NCBI GenBank assembly: GCA_041489255.1
Contig: JBGPQV010000021.1
Span: 1-56,958, forward strand
Origin: Thermoplasmata archaeon
GTDB lineage: Archaea > Thermoplasmatota > Thermoplasmata > RBG-16-68-12 > JAFNFQ01
Length of the DNA stretch: 56,958 bases
Direction of reading: 5' to 3'
The notes under the pieces were generated by a model. It had not been told where the DNA came from. It saw only the letters and a program-made list of their open reading frames with translations, and did no database searches. A program made the translations under genes and the position numbers. Below, piece after piece: positions 26,016 through 36,032 of the stretch. Position 1 is the stretch's first letter; each line of letters opens with the position of its first letter.

Positions 26016-29000
26016 ATGGCAGCATCCTCAGGCGAATCGGCCAGAATCGAGTCTTGGGCACGTTGCCCGCTCGAAGAGCTCTACTCCGAGCTGAAGACCG
26101 GCCATAACGGTCTCTCGAACGATGAGGTCGATCGGCGCCTCGGTGAGTACGGCCCGAACATACTGCCCGAACCGAAGCACGTGGCGCTCTCGCGAAAAGC
26201 CATAGCCCAGTTCAAGAACCTCTTCAACGTACTGCTGTTCCTCGCTGCCCTCCTCTCCTTTATAATCGGATGGACGTCAAACGATGTAAGCTCCGTCCAA
26301 ATGGGGTTCGCGATCCTGGGCGTCGTCGTTCTCAGCGTTCTGTTCAGCCTGTTCCAGGAGCGTCGCGCCGAGAGGGCCGTGGAAGCCCTGCGTGAACTTG
26401 TCCCTGCGAACGCGCGGGTCATCCGAGATGGCCAGCTCGTCCAAGTCCCCGTCTCCAAGCTCGTTCCCGGCGATGTCCTCTCGTTGGAAGAAGGGGATAA
26501 GATTCCCGCCGACGCGCGCCTCGTGAGCAGCTACGACGTTACCGTCGACCTCTCTACATTGACCGGGGAATCTGCCCCGCTCGCACGTTCTGCCGACATC
26601 AGCCTTGCTGCGCAGAAGAGCCAGATCACCGAATATCCGAACCTGATCTTTGCGGGCACCACCGTCGCCTCCGGGGCGGGTTCCGCGATTGTCCTTGAGA
26701 CGGGCAGCCGCACGCAGTTCGGGCGCGTCGTGGAGATGACACGGAACGTCGAAGAACCTCTGAGCCCTCTTCAGAGGCAACTCAACCAGACCGCCAAGCT
26801 GAACTTCGTCGTCGCGTTCGGCATCGGCTTCCTGTTCCTGGGAATCGCGCTCTTGGTGCTTCGCCTGTCGCCCGCCGATGGCGTCCTCTTCATGATAGGG
26901 GTGATAATCTGCCTTGTCCCGGAGGGACTGCAGGTCACTGTCACGCTGTCCCTCGCCCTCAGCAGCCTCGCGATGTCGAAGAGGAACGTCGTCGTGAAGC
27001 GCCTGTCCTCGGTGGAGACTCTTGGCTCCACGTCGGTCATCTGCACGGACAAGACAGGCACGATCACGGAGGGACAGATGACCGTCCGCAAGGTCTGGAT
27101 GGGCGGGCGGGTTCTCGACGTCTCCGGGGACGGGTATGAGCCCCAGGGAGCCATCTTCCTTGATGGGAAGAAGGTCACGACCTCTGACCGAACTGATCTG
27201 CGACTGCTGTGCGAAGTCGCCGCTCTGGATGGCAGGGCAACGCTTGTGCCGCCCCTAGACCGCCGGAAGTCCCGCTGGACCGCAGTCGGCGATTCCACTG
27301 ACGCGGCACTCCTCGTTCTTGCGACCAAGGGCGGCATTCAGCCTAAGCAGACGATGGTCGAGCGGCCAAGGATAGGAATGATCCCCTTCGAATCAACCCG
27401 CAAGATGATGACGAGCGTGCACCGCGGCAACAATGGTGCCATTACCGCCTATGTGAAAGGTGCGGGACTCGAAATTACCTCCAGGTGCAAGACCGCAATC
27501 TGGAACGAGGATATCGTCCCCTTAACGGAGCAACTCGCGGCGGGAATCCGCGCGCAGATTGACGCCTTCGCACGTGAGGCTTATCGGGTCCTCGCGCTGG
27601 CGGTGCGTGACATCCCGACCGAGCCGGAGAAGTACGAATCGGAGCACATCGAGCGCGAACTCACCTTCGTCGGCCTCGTCGCGATCCTAGACCCGCCCCG
27701 CCCGGATGTAGCCAGAGCGGTCAAGCGCGCCAGAAACGCGGGCATGCGCGTCATCATGATGACTGGAGACCACGAGCTTACTGCCGAGGCGATCGCGCGG
27801 AAGGTGGGAATCATCTCGACTCCCGAACACGCTGTGGTGACCGGCTACCGCCTCGCCACGATGTCCGACGTCGAACTCACCAAGGTGCTCGGGACGCCCG
27901 AGGTTGTCTTCGCACGCATCAACCCCGACCAGAAGCTGCGAATTGTGCGCGCCCTCCATGCGATGGGGGAGACCGTCGCCGTGACGGGGGATGGCGTCAA
28001 TGACGCACCCGCACTGCTCGAAGCGGATATCGGGATTTCGATGGGGATTACCGGAACGGATGTCGCGAGGGAGTCCTCAGACATGGTCCTCCTCGACGAC
28101 AACTTCGCCTCGATAGTGAACGGCACGGAACTGGGGCGATCGGTCTTTGACAACCTGAAGAAGTTCATCGCCTACGTGTTCAGCCATAACTGGGCGGAAC
28201 TCGTCGCCTTCATCGCCTTCGTCCTGCTTCAGACGCCGCTTCCGCTCACCGTGATCATGGTGCTCGCAATCGACCTCGTCATGGAGATTCCGCCGTCCCT
28301 CGCGCTGACCCTCGAACCGCCAGAGCCAGGGATCATGGACCGTCCTCCCCGCCCCAAGAAAAGCCGCTTGTTCGACCTGGCGACTCTCGGTCGCTCCTTC
28401 TACCTCGGCACGATGATCGGGGTGATGGCGGTTTTCTGGTGCTTCTTCATCTGGGGCCAGGCAGGGTGGAGCATCGGCATGTCATCAGTTGGGGACCAGA
28501 CGGCCTACCTCAAGGGCACGACGATTGTGATGGCGGCAATAATAGCGGGACAGCTCGGCGCGCTCTTCGCCGTCAGAACGAACGTCGATTCTATCTTCAC
28601 CGTCAGTCCGCTCAGGAACAAATGGCTCTTGGCGGGAGCCCTCGCGGAGATCGGGATCCTGTTGATGATTGTCTATGTCCCGCCATTCCAGTGGATCGTC
28701 CGCGCGGCACCCTTGGATCCGATCAGCTGGGTGTTCCTCTACAGCTTCGTGCCTGTGATCATAGTGGTCGAAGAGATCCGCAAGTTCATCCTTCGTCGGG
28801 TCGTCCTACCGCGGAGGGCGGCGCCCTCCCTCGCCGTCCCGTTCCCGCCAACCGAGGAGTTCGCAACTACCATGGCGGCAGAAGTCGGGACGCATACTCC
28901 CTTCGTCGAGCGCGGTCCGCCGATCCTCTTGCCTCTCTTTATTCGATCTGGTGAGGAGAGCGCCGTGGCGATTGCGGCGAGCCTTGCGGAATATTCCGGG

Positions 29001-29768
29001 TCGCGGTTGATAGTCGTGCGGGTCTTCGACCCTGCATCCAGCGACGCCGTGCAGGATGTGCTCGAGCGGCGTCTGATGGAACTCGCGTTCGCGGCGAATA
29101 TACCATATGAGTTCGCAGATGTGAATCCACGTGGCGGGGCCTCCGGCGTACGAGCAATGGCGATTGCCTTGAAGGAAATCGCTGACCGCGCTGGCTCGGA
29201 GACTGTCGTCATTCCCGTCGGACGTGATGTGTTTGCGGGTGGACGGGCGACGAAAGCCGCATCGTGGATCCAAGAGCTTTCGAGCCGGAAGCTCGTTCTC
29301 GTTCGAGGCTCGAGGGAAGGTGAGGAAGCCGCTCGTCGCAGACCGCAACGCATCCTGATCCCCGTCCTCCATGACTTCCACCTCCAGCCATTCGAGCTGG
29401 CGGCTTCCATCAGCGCATCCTTAGTCGTTCCGGACATCGATGTCGTGGCGGCAAGGGTGATCAAGCTCCCGCCGATAGTTCCCATCTATTCGACATACCG
29501 CCCCGAGTCCCTCGTGGACTCTGAAAGGGAGCTCTCATCCCTGAGAAAGATTGTTGCCCTGCCTTTCTTCCAATCGATGAGACCGAAGCTCTTGGTGGTG
29601 CGAGATACTGCGCGAGACCTGGTCGATTTCGCGGCAGAGCGGCAGGTCGATGCGATTCTCATGCAGGGGGATTGGGCCGAGATGCGGCACGGCTTCCTCG
29701 CTCAGGACGAGCGCGAGATTGCGAGGAGAGCCAAGGCTGCTGTGATTGTCACCTTGCCTCCGATCTGA
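26016..29768 (+). CDS. Cation-transporting P-type ATPase (P2-type) with a C-terminal tandem USP-like extension
   Basis: TGES, PEGL, DKTGT, KGA, MMTGD, GDGVND, 10 TMs; about 300 extra aa with ILLPL / RILIPV...VDAILM USP-like strands. Confidence 0.92.
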   Translation: MAASSGESARIESWARCPLEELYSELKTGHNGLSNDEVDRRLGEYGPNILPEPKHVALSRKAIAQFKNLFNVLLFLAALLSFIIGWTSNDVSSVQMGFAILGVVVLSVLFSLFQERRAERAVEALRELVPANARVIRDGQLVQVPVSKLVPGDVLSLEEGDKIPADARLVSSYDVTVDLSTLTGESAPLARSADISLAAQKSQITEYPNLIFAGTTVASGAGSAIVLETGSRTQFGRVVEMTRNVEEPLSPLQRQLNQTAKLNFVVAFGIGFLFLGIALLVLRLSPADGVLFMIGVIICLVPEGLQVTVTLSLALSSLAMSKRNVVVKRLSSVETLGSTSVICTDKTGTITEGQMTVRKVWMGGRVLDVSGDGYEPQGAIFLDGKKVTTSDRTDLRLLCEVAALDGRATLVPPLDRRKSRWTAVGDSTDAALLVLATKGGIQPKQTMVERPRIGMIPFESTRKMMTSVHRGNNGAITAYVKGAGLEITSRCKTAIWNEDIVPLTEQLAAGIRAQIDAFAREAYRVLALAVRDIPTEPEKYESEHIERELTFVGLVAILDPPRPDVARAVKRARNAGMRVIMMTGDHELTAEAIARKVGIISTPEHAVVTGYRLATMSDVELTKVLGTPEVVFARINPDQKLRIVRALHAMGETVAVTGDGVNDAPALLEADIGISMGITGTDVARESSDMVLLDDNFASIVNGTELGRSVFDNLKKFIAYVFSHNWAELVAFIAFVLLQTPLPLTVIMVLAIDLVMEIPPSLALTLEPPEPGIMDRPPRPKKSRLFDLATLGRSFYLGTMIGVMAVFWCFFIWGQAGWSIGMSSVGDQTAYLKGTTIVMAAIIAGQLGALFAVRTNVDSIFTVSPLRNKWLLAGALAEIGILLMIVYVPPFQWIVRAAPLDPISWVFLYSFVPVIIVVEEIRKFILRRVVLPRRAAPSLAVPFPPTEEFATTMAAEVGTHTPFVERGPPILLPLFIRSGEESAVAIAASLAEYSGSRLIVVRVFDPASSDAVQDVLERRLMELAFAANIPYEFADVNPRGGASGVRAMAIALKEIADRAGSETVVIPVGRDVFAGGRATKAASWIQELSSRKLVLVRGSREGEEAARRRPQRILIPVLHDFHLQPFELAASISASLVVPDIDVVAARVIKLPPIVPIYSTYRPESLVDSERELSSLRKIVALPFFQSMRPKLLVVRDTARDLVDFAAERQVDAILMQGDWAEMRHGFLAQDEREIARRAKAAVIVTLPPI

Positions 29769-29991
29769 CCGGATCATGTGGGTCCCTCACCCTCGATATC
29801 TCCACGGCGGAACATTCATCTACCAGCAGGATAATCGACATAGTAGGTCCTGTGATCAGGAGGTTCCCGGCATGATGTCAAGAATTGTTTTCGGAGCGGC
29901 GCCGGGAGCCCTGTGATCCCGTTCGGCTCTCTGGCGCTTGCTGTGTGCCTGACATGCGAAAGCCATCTACGAAAATGAGAAGATCAAGGAA

Positions 29992-30732
29992 ATGCCGAAC
30001 GATGCATATCTGGACTCCAGTGTCCAGTGGCGAATCAAGGCGGGAACGCTCGACTTCCATGAGGCGGGCTACCGCTCGACCGTCGAGGCCATCCTGTCAG
30101 CCGGCCTCGCCACGGAAGTGGTCGGGCTGATCAGCGCAGGCAAGGAGGCTGATGTCTACCTTTGCCGCTACAAGGGCGCGGAACTCGCGATCAAGGCCTT
30201 CAGACTCTATCGAACGTCGCATCGCGGCGGAGGACCGATCAAGGCCGACTCGATAGGCCACCTCGCCGCGCACGAGTTCGAGATGACGTACAAGGCCTGG
30301 AAAGGGGGCGTGCCTGTGCCCACCCCTGCCCGCCGCGTAGAGAACATGTTCTCCATGCGGTACCTGGGGGACGCTGATGGGCCTGCCCCTCGACTCAAGG
30401 ATGTCGGACTGGACAACCCGAAGGAATTCCTCGAGCTCACATTGGCGGGAATTGAAGCGATGGCCAAGGCGGGCGTGGTCCATGGGGATCTCAGCGCCTT
30501 CAACATCCTCGTCCTGGAGGGCAGGCCGTGGTTCATCGACTTCTCCGAGGCGGTCCGAGTGGACCGCACGGGGATGGCCCCATGGATGCGGCTGACCAAG
30601 GCGGGTGACGCGCTCACCCACGGATTGGAGGCGCTGCAATCCTACTTCCGGAGGTACGACCTGACGGTCGATATCAAGCCTTTCGTCGAGCGCTTCGTCG
30701 CTTCGCTGGACAAGTTCGGAGTCATGAGCTAG
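29992..30732 (+). CDS. RIO1-family serine/threonine kinase
   Basis: ISAGKEADVY, AIKAFR, VHGDLSAFNIL, IDFSEAV. Confidence 0.88.
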   Translation: MPNDAYLDSSVQWRIKAGTLDFHEAGYRSTVEAILSAGLATEVVGLISAGKEADVYLCRYKGAELAIKAFRLYRTSHRGGGPIKADSIGHLAAHEFEMTYKAWKGGVPVPTPARRVENMFSMRYLGDADGPAPRLKDVGLDNPKEFLELTLAGIEAMAKAGVVHGDLSAFNILVLEGRPWFIDFSEAVRVDRTGMAPWMRLTKAGDALTHGLEALQSYFRRYDLTVDIKPFVERFVASLDKFGVMS

Positions 30733-30801
30733 AGCAGGCTTCGATGGCCAAAAAGCAAAGCCCTATACGGTACCGTTTCTTGCGCACCTGCAGGCGCGAG
30801 A

Positions 30802-31362
30802 ATGGAAGAGCCAGGGGATATACTGAAGGCGGACCACAGGGAAATCAGGAAGCTTCTCTCGGCATTTGACGGGATGGCGGCGTTCATCCTGCAGAAGGAC
30901 TCCCTGCCCGACGAGGACCTAGAGAAGGCCTTCGCCGTCGCGGTCGAGTTCGCAGACAAGTGCCACCACGGAAAAGAGGAGAAGGCGCTCTTCCCTCATA
31001 TCTCGAAAGCGTCACCAGACGTAGGGGCGGAATTGGCAAGGCGGCTCACAAGCGACCACGCCGCGTTCAGGAAACTCGTCGGGACGATGCTTGAGCTCGT
31101 CCCCAACGCGCCGGTCAAGAAGGAATCACGCGCGGTGCTTGCGAAGCAGCTCGGCACCTACACCCGCCTGCTCACGGAACACATGAAGGTGGAGGAGAAT
31201 ATGCTGATTCCCGAAGTGAAGAGGAGCATCAAGCCGGAACAGAGAGGCGAAATCTCCGAGCTCTTCGAGGTCATCGAAGAAGAAACCATGGGGCATGGCG
31301 CACACGAGAGATACGTCGCGATAATCGACCAGCTCGCCGGCCTGTATGGAAAGAAAGCCTAG
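30802..31362 (+). CDS. Hemerythrin/HHE domain protein
   Basis: DH, CHHGKEEKALFP, DH, EHMKVEE. Confidence 0.88.
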   Translation: MEEPGDILKADHREIRKLLSAFDGMAAFILQKDSLPDEDLEKAFAVAVEFADKCHHGKEEKALFPHISKASPDVGAELARRLTSDHAAFRKLVGTMLELVPNAPVKKESRAVLAKQLGTYTRLLTEHMKVEENMLIPEVKRSIKPEQRGEISELFEVIEEETMGHGAHERYVAIIDQLAGLYGKKA

Positions 31363-32291
31363 CCTGTCTTTCCGGACAGCAGACGTTTCGCCGCCGTGTG
31401 CGGATCGAGTTTTCTGGCGGCGACCTTGTCCAGCATGCTCTCGTAGAGCCTCTTCCCACCCTTCGAGTTCATCAGCTTCTCGAGCATCGTCTCGGACAGG
31501 GCGTCACGAAGCTCCACCTCGCTCCTGATCCTCTCCTTCTCGCCGAGCTTGCCGGATTTCTTCAGGTACGAGAAGTGCTCCTCAAGGCGGTCCGCGAGCT
31601 CGCGTACGCCTTTGCCCTCCGACGCCACCGTGGTCAGCACTGGCGGCGCCCATCCGTCCCTGTCTTCCGGCAGCACTGACTTCAAGTTCGTGACCATCGA
31701 ATCCGCGCCGCCCTCGTCTGCCTTGTTGACGGTGTATACATCTCCGATCTCGAGGATCCCTGCCTTCAGAATCTGGATCGAATCGCCTGAGCCGGGCATC
31801 TCCACGATGACCGTGGTGTGCGCGAGGTTCGCGACCTCGACCTCGGACTGCCCAGCCCCGACCGTCTCCACGAAGACCTTTTCCATTCCCATGGCCTCGA
31901 GAACCTTGACCGCGTCGTAGGTGGCGAGCGCCAGGCCGCCGACGTGCCCCCGCGTTGCCATGCTCCTGATGTAGACCCCGTCGTCCACCCCCACATCCGT
32001 CATCCTCACGCGGTCGCCGAGCAGTGCACCGCCGGTGAAGGGCGATGTCGGGTCGACCGCGATCACCCCGACCCTCTTGCCCCGTGACCTGAACTCCCTG
32101 ACAAGCGCGCTGATCAACGTGCTCTTCCCTGCCCCTGGCGGGCCGGTGAGCCCGATGATGTGAGCATTGCCCGTATGATGATGCAGGAGGCTCACAATCT
32201 TCTGCGCCTGCGCGTCCCTGTCCTCGATCATCGAGATGATCTTCGCGGCGGCCCTCTTGTCACCCTTGAGGAGCCTGTCGACGAGCTGCAT
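31359..32291 (-). CDS. meaB: Acyl-CoA mutase-associated GTPase MeaB
   Basis: GLTGPPGAGKST, VDPTSPFTGGALLGDRVRM, RSMATRG, ETVGAGQSE, NKAD. Confidence 0.95.
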   Translation of the reverse strand: MQLVDRLLKGDKRAAAKIISMIEDRDAQAQKIVSLLHHHTGNAHIIGLTGPPGAGKSTLISALVREFRSRGKRVGVIAVDPTSPFTGGALLGDRVRMTDVGVDDGVYIRSMATRGHVGGLALATYDAVKVLEAMGMEKVFVETVGAGQSEVEVANLAHTTVIVEMPGSGDSIQILKAGILEIGDVYTVNKADEGGADSMVTNLKSVLPEDRDGWAPPVLTTVASEGKGVRELADRLEEHFSYLKKSGKLGEKERIRSEVELRDALSETMLEKLMNSKGGKRLYESMLDKVAARKLDPHTAAKRLLSGKTG

Positions 32292-32295
32292 CACA

Positions 32296-32691
32296 CTACT
32301 TCCCGGCCGCATGCTCGAAGAACTTCACTACATCTTCAAGTCTCGTCCCAGGTCCGAACACCGCCTTTATCCCCGCCTTCTTCAGCTTGGGGATGTCCTC
32401 CTCGGGGATGATGCCGCCTCCCGCCACGACGATTTCATCTGCCCCCTTCTGCCTGAGCAGTTTCACGACCTCGGGGAACAGGGTCATGTGCGCGCCGCTG
32501 AGGCAGCTGAGGCCGATCGCGTCGACATCCTCTTGGATCGCCGCCTCGACTATGTCCCTCGGGGTCTGCCTCAGCCCGGTGTAGATGACCTCCATGCCCG
32601 CGTCCCTCAGAGCGCGGGCGATGACCTTCGCCCCCCTGTCGTGTCCATCCAATCCCGGCTTCGCGATCAGGACTCGTATCTTCTTGGCCAT
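32296..32691 (-). CDS. Acyl-CoA mutase cobalamin-binding small subunit
   Basis: [11 protein letters not shown] (DxHxxG), [14 protein letters not shown]. Confidence 0.95.
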   Translation of the reverse strand: MAKKIRVLIAKPGLDGHDRGAKVIARALRDAGMEVIYTGLRQTPRDIVEAAIQEDVDAIGLSCLSGAHMTLFPEVVKLLRQKGADEIVVAGGGIIPEEDIPKLKKAGIKAVFGPGTRLEDVVKFFEHAAGK

Positions 32692-32700
32692 GTCATCACC

Positions 32701-34374
32701 TCAGTACAGGAGCGGCTCCTTCCAGGTGCCGAACACCTCCCTAAGAACGCTGCAAATCTCGCCGAGGGTCGCGTGCGCGCGGACCGCGTCGAGGATTGCG
32801 GGCATGGTGTTCCCCTTGCCCGCCGCGATATCGTGGAGCTTCTCCAGCGACTTCTTGTGCTTCTGCTTGTCCCTCGATTTCCTCAGGCTCTGGAGCCTCT
32901 TGAGCTGATTCTCGAAAGAGGCCTTGCCGATCCTCAGAGGCTCGGGGACGTTGACGTCCTCCGTGACGTAGTCGTTGACTCCAACGATCGTCCTCTCCTT
33001 GTTCTCGATCTCGGTCTGGTACCTGTACGCGCTGTTCGCGATCTCCTGCTGGAAGAATCCCTTCTTGATGGCGGGGAGGCAGCCGCCGAACCTGTCAATT
33101 CTGTCAAAATACTTGTACGCCTCCTCCTCCATGAAATCCGTCAGGGACTCCACGAAGTAGGAGCCGCCGAGCGGGTCCACCGTGTTGACCACGCCCGTCT
33201 CGTGCGCCAGTATCTGCTGCGTCCTCAGTGCGATCCGCACGGCCTTCTCGTTGGGGACCTGGTAGGCCTCGTCGTAGCTGTTGGTGTGCAACGACTGCGT
33301 CCCGCCAAGCACGGCGGCCAGCCCCTGCAACGCCACGCGGACGATGTTCGCCTCCGGCTGCTGCGCGGTGAGCGAGACTCCCGCTGTCTGCGTGTGGAAC
33401 CTCAACCACCACGAGCGCGGGCTCTTCGCCTTGAACGTCTCCCGCATCTCCCTCGCCCAGATGCGCCTCGCCGCCCTGAACTTCGCGATCTCCTCGAAGA
33501 GGTCGTTGTGCGAGTTGAAGAAGAAGCTAAGCCGGGGCGCGAACTCGTCGACCTTCAGGCCGCGGTCCACCGCCCATTGGACGTATTCGATGCCGTTGCG
33601 CAGGGTGAACGCGAGCTCCTGCACCGCCGTCGCGCCGGCCTCGCGGATGTGATACCCGGAGATGCTGATGGTGTTCCATTGCGGGACCATCTTCGAACCG
33701 TACTCGAACGTGTCAATGACCAGTCTCATCGACGGTTCCGGCGGGTAGATCCACTCCTTCTGCGCCTGGTACTCCTTGAGTATGTCGTTCTGAATGGTGC
33801 CGCGAAGGCGGCTGAACGGGATGCCGCGCCTCTCCGCGTTCCCCAGGTACATCGCCCAGATCACCGAGGCGGGCGCGTTTATCGTCATGGAGGTGGAGAT
33901 CTCGCCTATGTCTATCCCATCGAACAGGACTTCCATGTCTTTCAGCGAGGAGACCGCGACACCGCAAGTGCCGAACTCGCCCTTCGCCTCGTCGTCATCG
34001 GTGTCATATCCGTACAGGGTCGGCATGTCGAACGCGACGCTGAGGCCCGTCTCCCCGTGCTTTATGAGGTACTTGAACCGGCGGTTCGTGTCCTCCGCGC
34101 TCCCGAGTCCGGAAAACATCCTCATCGTCCACGGTCGGCCACGGTACATGGTCGGGTGCACTCCCCGCGTGTAGGGGTACTCGCCCGGCAGCCCGACCTT
34201 CTGATCGAAATGCCCGGGCGGGATGTCAAGGGGTGTGTAGAGGCGCCTTATCGGCACGCTCGATGTCGTGTTGAACTCCTTCCGCGATTCCGGCCTCTCC
34301 TTCATGTATTCTGCTAGAACGGTCTCTTCCCACCGCTTGAGGCGACGCTGCAGTTCCCCGCGGTTTTCTCCCAT
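32701..34374 (-). CDS. B12-dependent acyl-CoA mutase large subunit with isobutyryl-CoA mutase-type specificity residues
   Basis: [54 protein letters not shown]. Confidence 0.93.
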   Translation of the reverse strand: MGENRGELQRRLKRWEETVLAEYMKERPESRKEFNTTSSVPIRRLYTPLDIPPGHFDQKVGLPGEYPYTRGVHPTMYRGRPWTMRMFSGLGSAEDTNRRFKYLIKHGETGLSVAFDMPTLYGYDTDDDEAKGEFGTCGVAVSSLKDMEVLFDGIDIGEISTSMTINAPASVIWAMYLGNAERRGIPFSRLRGTIQNDILKEYQAQKEWIYPPEPSMRLVIDTFEYGSKMVPQWNTISISGYHIREAGATAVQELAFTLRNGIEYVQWAVDRGLKVDEFAPRLSFFFNSHNDLFEEIAKFRAARRIWAREMRETFKAKSPRSWWLRFHTQTAGVSLTAQQPEANIVRVALQGLAAVLGGTQSLHTNSYDEAYQVPNEKAVRIALRTQQILAHETGVVNTVDPLGGSYFVESLTDFMEEEAYKYFDRIDRFGGCLPAIKKGFFQQEIANSAYRYQTEIENKERTIVGVNDYVTEDVNVPEPLRIGKASFENQLKRLQSLRKSRDKQKHKKSLEKLHDIAAGKGNTMPAILDAVRAHATLGEICSVLREVFGTWKEPLLY

Positions 34375-34435
34375 GGATGCCCCGAACCGTTGAGAAAGTT
34401 GCCAGCTTAATTAAGTTTGCTACCTTGAGCGCATC

Positions 34436-34981
34436 CTACCGGGCGCGGATCATGTGGACGGCCAAGTCGCGAAACGCCTGCTCCACGTTCTCACCGGTCT
34501 TGGCGCTCGTCTTGCGCCACGGGCATGCGTACGTCGAGCAGACTCTCTCGATGTCCGAGTCGGAGAGCCCATCCTCAGGGCGTATGTCCTGTTTGTTCGC
34601 CAGGATGAATGTCGGGACTTCGCCGACGGACGACTTGATCCCGCCAATCCATTCCTTCAATGAGTCGAGGGTCTTGGGCCGGGTGATGTCGAATACCGCC
34701 AAAACCCCACGGACGTGCTTGAAGTACGCCTCCTTGAACAGGTCCATGAAGTCCTTGCGACCCATGATATCCCAGACGATCAGGCTAGCTTGGTGGCCTA
34801 TCTCCGGGAGTTCAATCTCGCGCTTGGAGACCATCGTGCCGACCGTCCTGATGTACGCCTCGTCGTAAATGCTGTAGACGTAGCGTCTGATGAGACTAGT
34901 CTTTCCGACGCCCTCGTCGCCGACCATGCAGAGCTTCAGCCTTGCGAGTCTGCCTGCTGATTCCTGAGGGAGAATCCCCAT
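34436..34981 (-). CDS. Rab/Ras-like small GTPase
   Basis: G1 GDEGVGKT, G2 YIRTVG, G3 WDIMG, G4 NKQD, G5 TSAKTG. Confidence 0.9.
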   Translation of the reverse strand: MGILPQESAGRLARLKLCMVGDEGVGKTSLIRRYVYSIYDEAYIRTVGTMVSKREIELPEIGHQASLIVWDIMGRKDFMDLFKEAYFKHVRGVLAVFDITRPKTLDSLKEWIGGIKSSVGEVPTFILANKQDIRPEDGLSDSDIERVCSTYACPWRKTSAKTGENVEQAFRDLAVHMIRAR

Positions 34982-35033
34982 CGCGGGGCGGCGCATTACC
35001 TGACGTTGGCTTAAACGTTTCGTTGAAATTCCA

Positions 35034-35510
35034 TCAATGTTCCGCCGGCTCGAACGCCTCGATGTCGGTGATCTCCCCCGTCCTGAGAGGCTGGGGCTTC
35101 AGTCTTGGCCGGACCTCGAGCCCTCGCTTCACCTTCTCCTCGGGAGCGGCGACAATGTGCACGAACCCACCGTGAATGCCGGGGAACTTTATGAATGCCC
35201 AGACCTGAGGCTCCGGGGCCTCGTGGCCTTCCTCGTCCAGCCTGGCGACTGTAAACGCTTCGACTTTACCCAAGGCAGGGACTTCCTTCCAGTCCCTGAG
35301 CTCCGCCAGGCACCTCTCGCAGTACATCCTTGGCGGGAGGTAGGTGAGGTCGCACCTCGGGCAGTGCGTCGCGAGAATCCTCCCGTTCTTCCTCAGCTCT
35401 GTGAAGAACCTCTCGCCCGCAAGCCCGCTCGTGTAAATGTAGTCGGCCTCGATGTTCCCTTCCCAACGCCTCAGCTTCCTGTGGTCGGTGGTCTTCTCCG
35501 CGAAAGTCAT
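35034..35510 (-). CDS. DUF35 zinc-ribbon/OB-fold protein
   Basis: CPRC..YLPPRMYCERC followed by an OB fold. Confidence 0.92.
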   Translation of the reverse strand: MTFAEKTTDHRKLRRWEGNIEADYIYTSGLAGERFFTELRKNGRILATHCPRCDLTYLPPRMYCERCLAELRDWKEVPALGKVEAFTVARLDEEGHEAPEPQVWAFIKFPGIHGGFVHIVAAPEEKVKRGLEVRPRLKPQPLRTGEITDIEAFEPAEH

Positions 35511-36028
35511 TGCTCTCCCTCCTTCAGTGGGCGGAAGTATTCGATGTCAAGGATGGATCCCGTCCTCTCGAGCGGCGGCTTCCACTTCGCCTTGACCTTC
35601 ATGCCGATGTGTATCGTGTCCTTCGTGACCTCCCCGAAGTAGTGCATGATGCCCATCTTCTCCGAGGCCCCGTCGATGCTCACGACGCCGACATAAATCG
35701 GATCGGTGATGCGCTTGGCGTCCTTGTCAAGGTAGGAGATGCTGTAGGTCTGTATGGTGCCCGTGTCCTTGATGTAGACCCACTTCGACGTCGGCTTGAA
35801 GCACTGCTCGCAGAACATCCGCGGCGGGAAAAGGATCTTGTTGCAATGCTTGCACTCGCGCGCAATCAACCGCCCCTCCTTCAACTCGTTCAGGAACCTG
35901 CTGATGGCCTCGCCTGCCGACCAAGAGAACTTCGCCCTCGGATGATACCGTGTCTGCGTGACCTTCTTGTTCATCAGGTCATCGTTCGACAGCTCGATTC
36001 CGGGCCATTTCTGCGGTGTCTGTCCCAT
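35507..36028 (-). CDS. DUF35 zinc-ribbon/OB-fold protein
   Basis: CKHC..LFPPRMFCEQC, GTIQTYS, IGMKVKAKW. Confidence 0.92.
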   Translation of the reverse strand: MGQTPQKWPGIELSNDDLMNKKVTQTRYHPRAKFSWSAGEAISRFLNELKEGRLIARECKHCNKILFPPRMFCEQCFKPTSKWVYIKDTGTIQTYSISYLDKDAKRITDPIYVGVVSIDGASEKMGIMHYFGEVTKDTIHIGMKVKAKWKPPLERTGSILDIEYFRPLKEGEQ

Positions 36029-36032
36029 ATCA

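Noticed and set aside
25842-29990. Integrated element at tRNA-Arg
   Set aside because: No duplicate of the tRNA 3' end and no integrase seen in the window.
32236-34317. 693-aa plus-strand ORF and similar long shadow ORFs (19809-21215, 37196-38443, 40712-42328, 24791-25765)
   Set aside because: Antisense or off-frame shadows of well-supported genes, expected in high-GC3 DNA.
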